Shown one piece after another: positions 63,470-64,000 of a DNA stretch of 64,000 nt. Location of the stretch: assembly GCA_051362555.1 (NCBI GenBank), contig CM120640.1, forward strand, positions 65,326,788 through 65,390,787, written 5' to 3'. A model generated the notes under the pieces. The model did no database searches and was not told the origin of the DNA. It worked only from the letters and a program-made list of their open reading frames with translations. The DNA comes from Lingula anatina. Lineage: Eukaryota > Animalia > Brachiopoda. How positions within the stretch are numbered: position 1 is the stretch's first letter; each line of letters starts with the position of its first letter. The position numbers were made by a program, and so were the translations under genes.

Positions 63470-64000
63470 TATAATGTTGTTCCAGAACGTTGTAAAAATG
63501 TTTTAAAAGATCCAAAAGATAACGGTATTATTCTGTGTTAGCTGGGGTTACGTAACTGTATTGTAACTTTTTATAGAATCGTTTTTGAAACTTTTGTACA
63601 TAGTTATTATACGTTTTTGTTACTTATAAAAAACGCATTCAAGATTTCAGTAGTGAAATAAATGAGACCATAACCTATCACTGACGATGCATAATCGCAA
63701 GAACATGTCTTCCACTTCCTTGACAATCGTGATAGCGGTTGAGCGTCTCGTTGCGATTGGTGAGATTCACACCAAAAGCAATTATGGACCCGCGTTTCCT
63801 TTGTGAGAGATGACAGGATATTTCAGGGTGTTTGTGAATAAAAACACTGCTTCCCATCGAAAGTTTTCCATCAAAACTAATGTCGAATCCACACTGCCCT
63901 AATTTCAAACAATTTTATTTTTCCATGTTTAAAACACTGCCGCAAAGTCAAACACTTTTTAATTCTTTAAAAATTTCCTTCGTCACTGACAGTGTGAACG

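Noticed and set aside
62240-63650. Direct repeat of about 150 bp flanking the TA element (62245-62400 and 63530-63650) as LTRs
   Set aside because: No TG..CA ends, PBS or PPT; it looks like fragments of another DNA repeat.

Overview
AT-rich, intron-rich animal (probably invertebrate, e.g. lophotrochozoan) genomic DNA. It is dominated by one minus-strand gene for a class I cytokine receptor of the gp130/Domeless type. I reconstructed 19 phase-consistent GT-AG coding exons per isoform (28445 to 2216; about 1367 aa, or 1360 aa with the alternative exon). The protein has a signal peptide, Ig domain, cytokine-binding module, five more FN3 domains, a TM helix, a Pro-rich Box1-like segment and a long acidic tail with DSGxx(S/T) and YxxQ motifs. 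The main finding is two homologous but highly diverged exons (26348-26535 and 24985-25151) with identical splice phases (2 in, 1 out), each encoding the second half of the first cytokine-binding domain. Including both or neither shifts the frame, so they look mutually exclusive and would swap part of the ligand-binding module. There are also candidate soluble/truncated isoforms, a putative uORF-rich 5' leader about 33 kb upstream, and many non-autonomous transposons (nested Gypsy LTR remnant, Kolobok-like, Harbinger, 5-bp-TSD hAT-like MITEs, Helentron-like repeats). All exon calls come from sequence alone, without transcript evidence.
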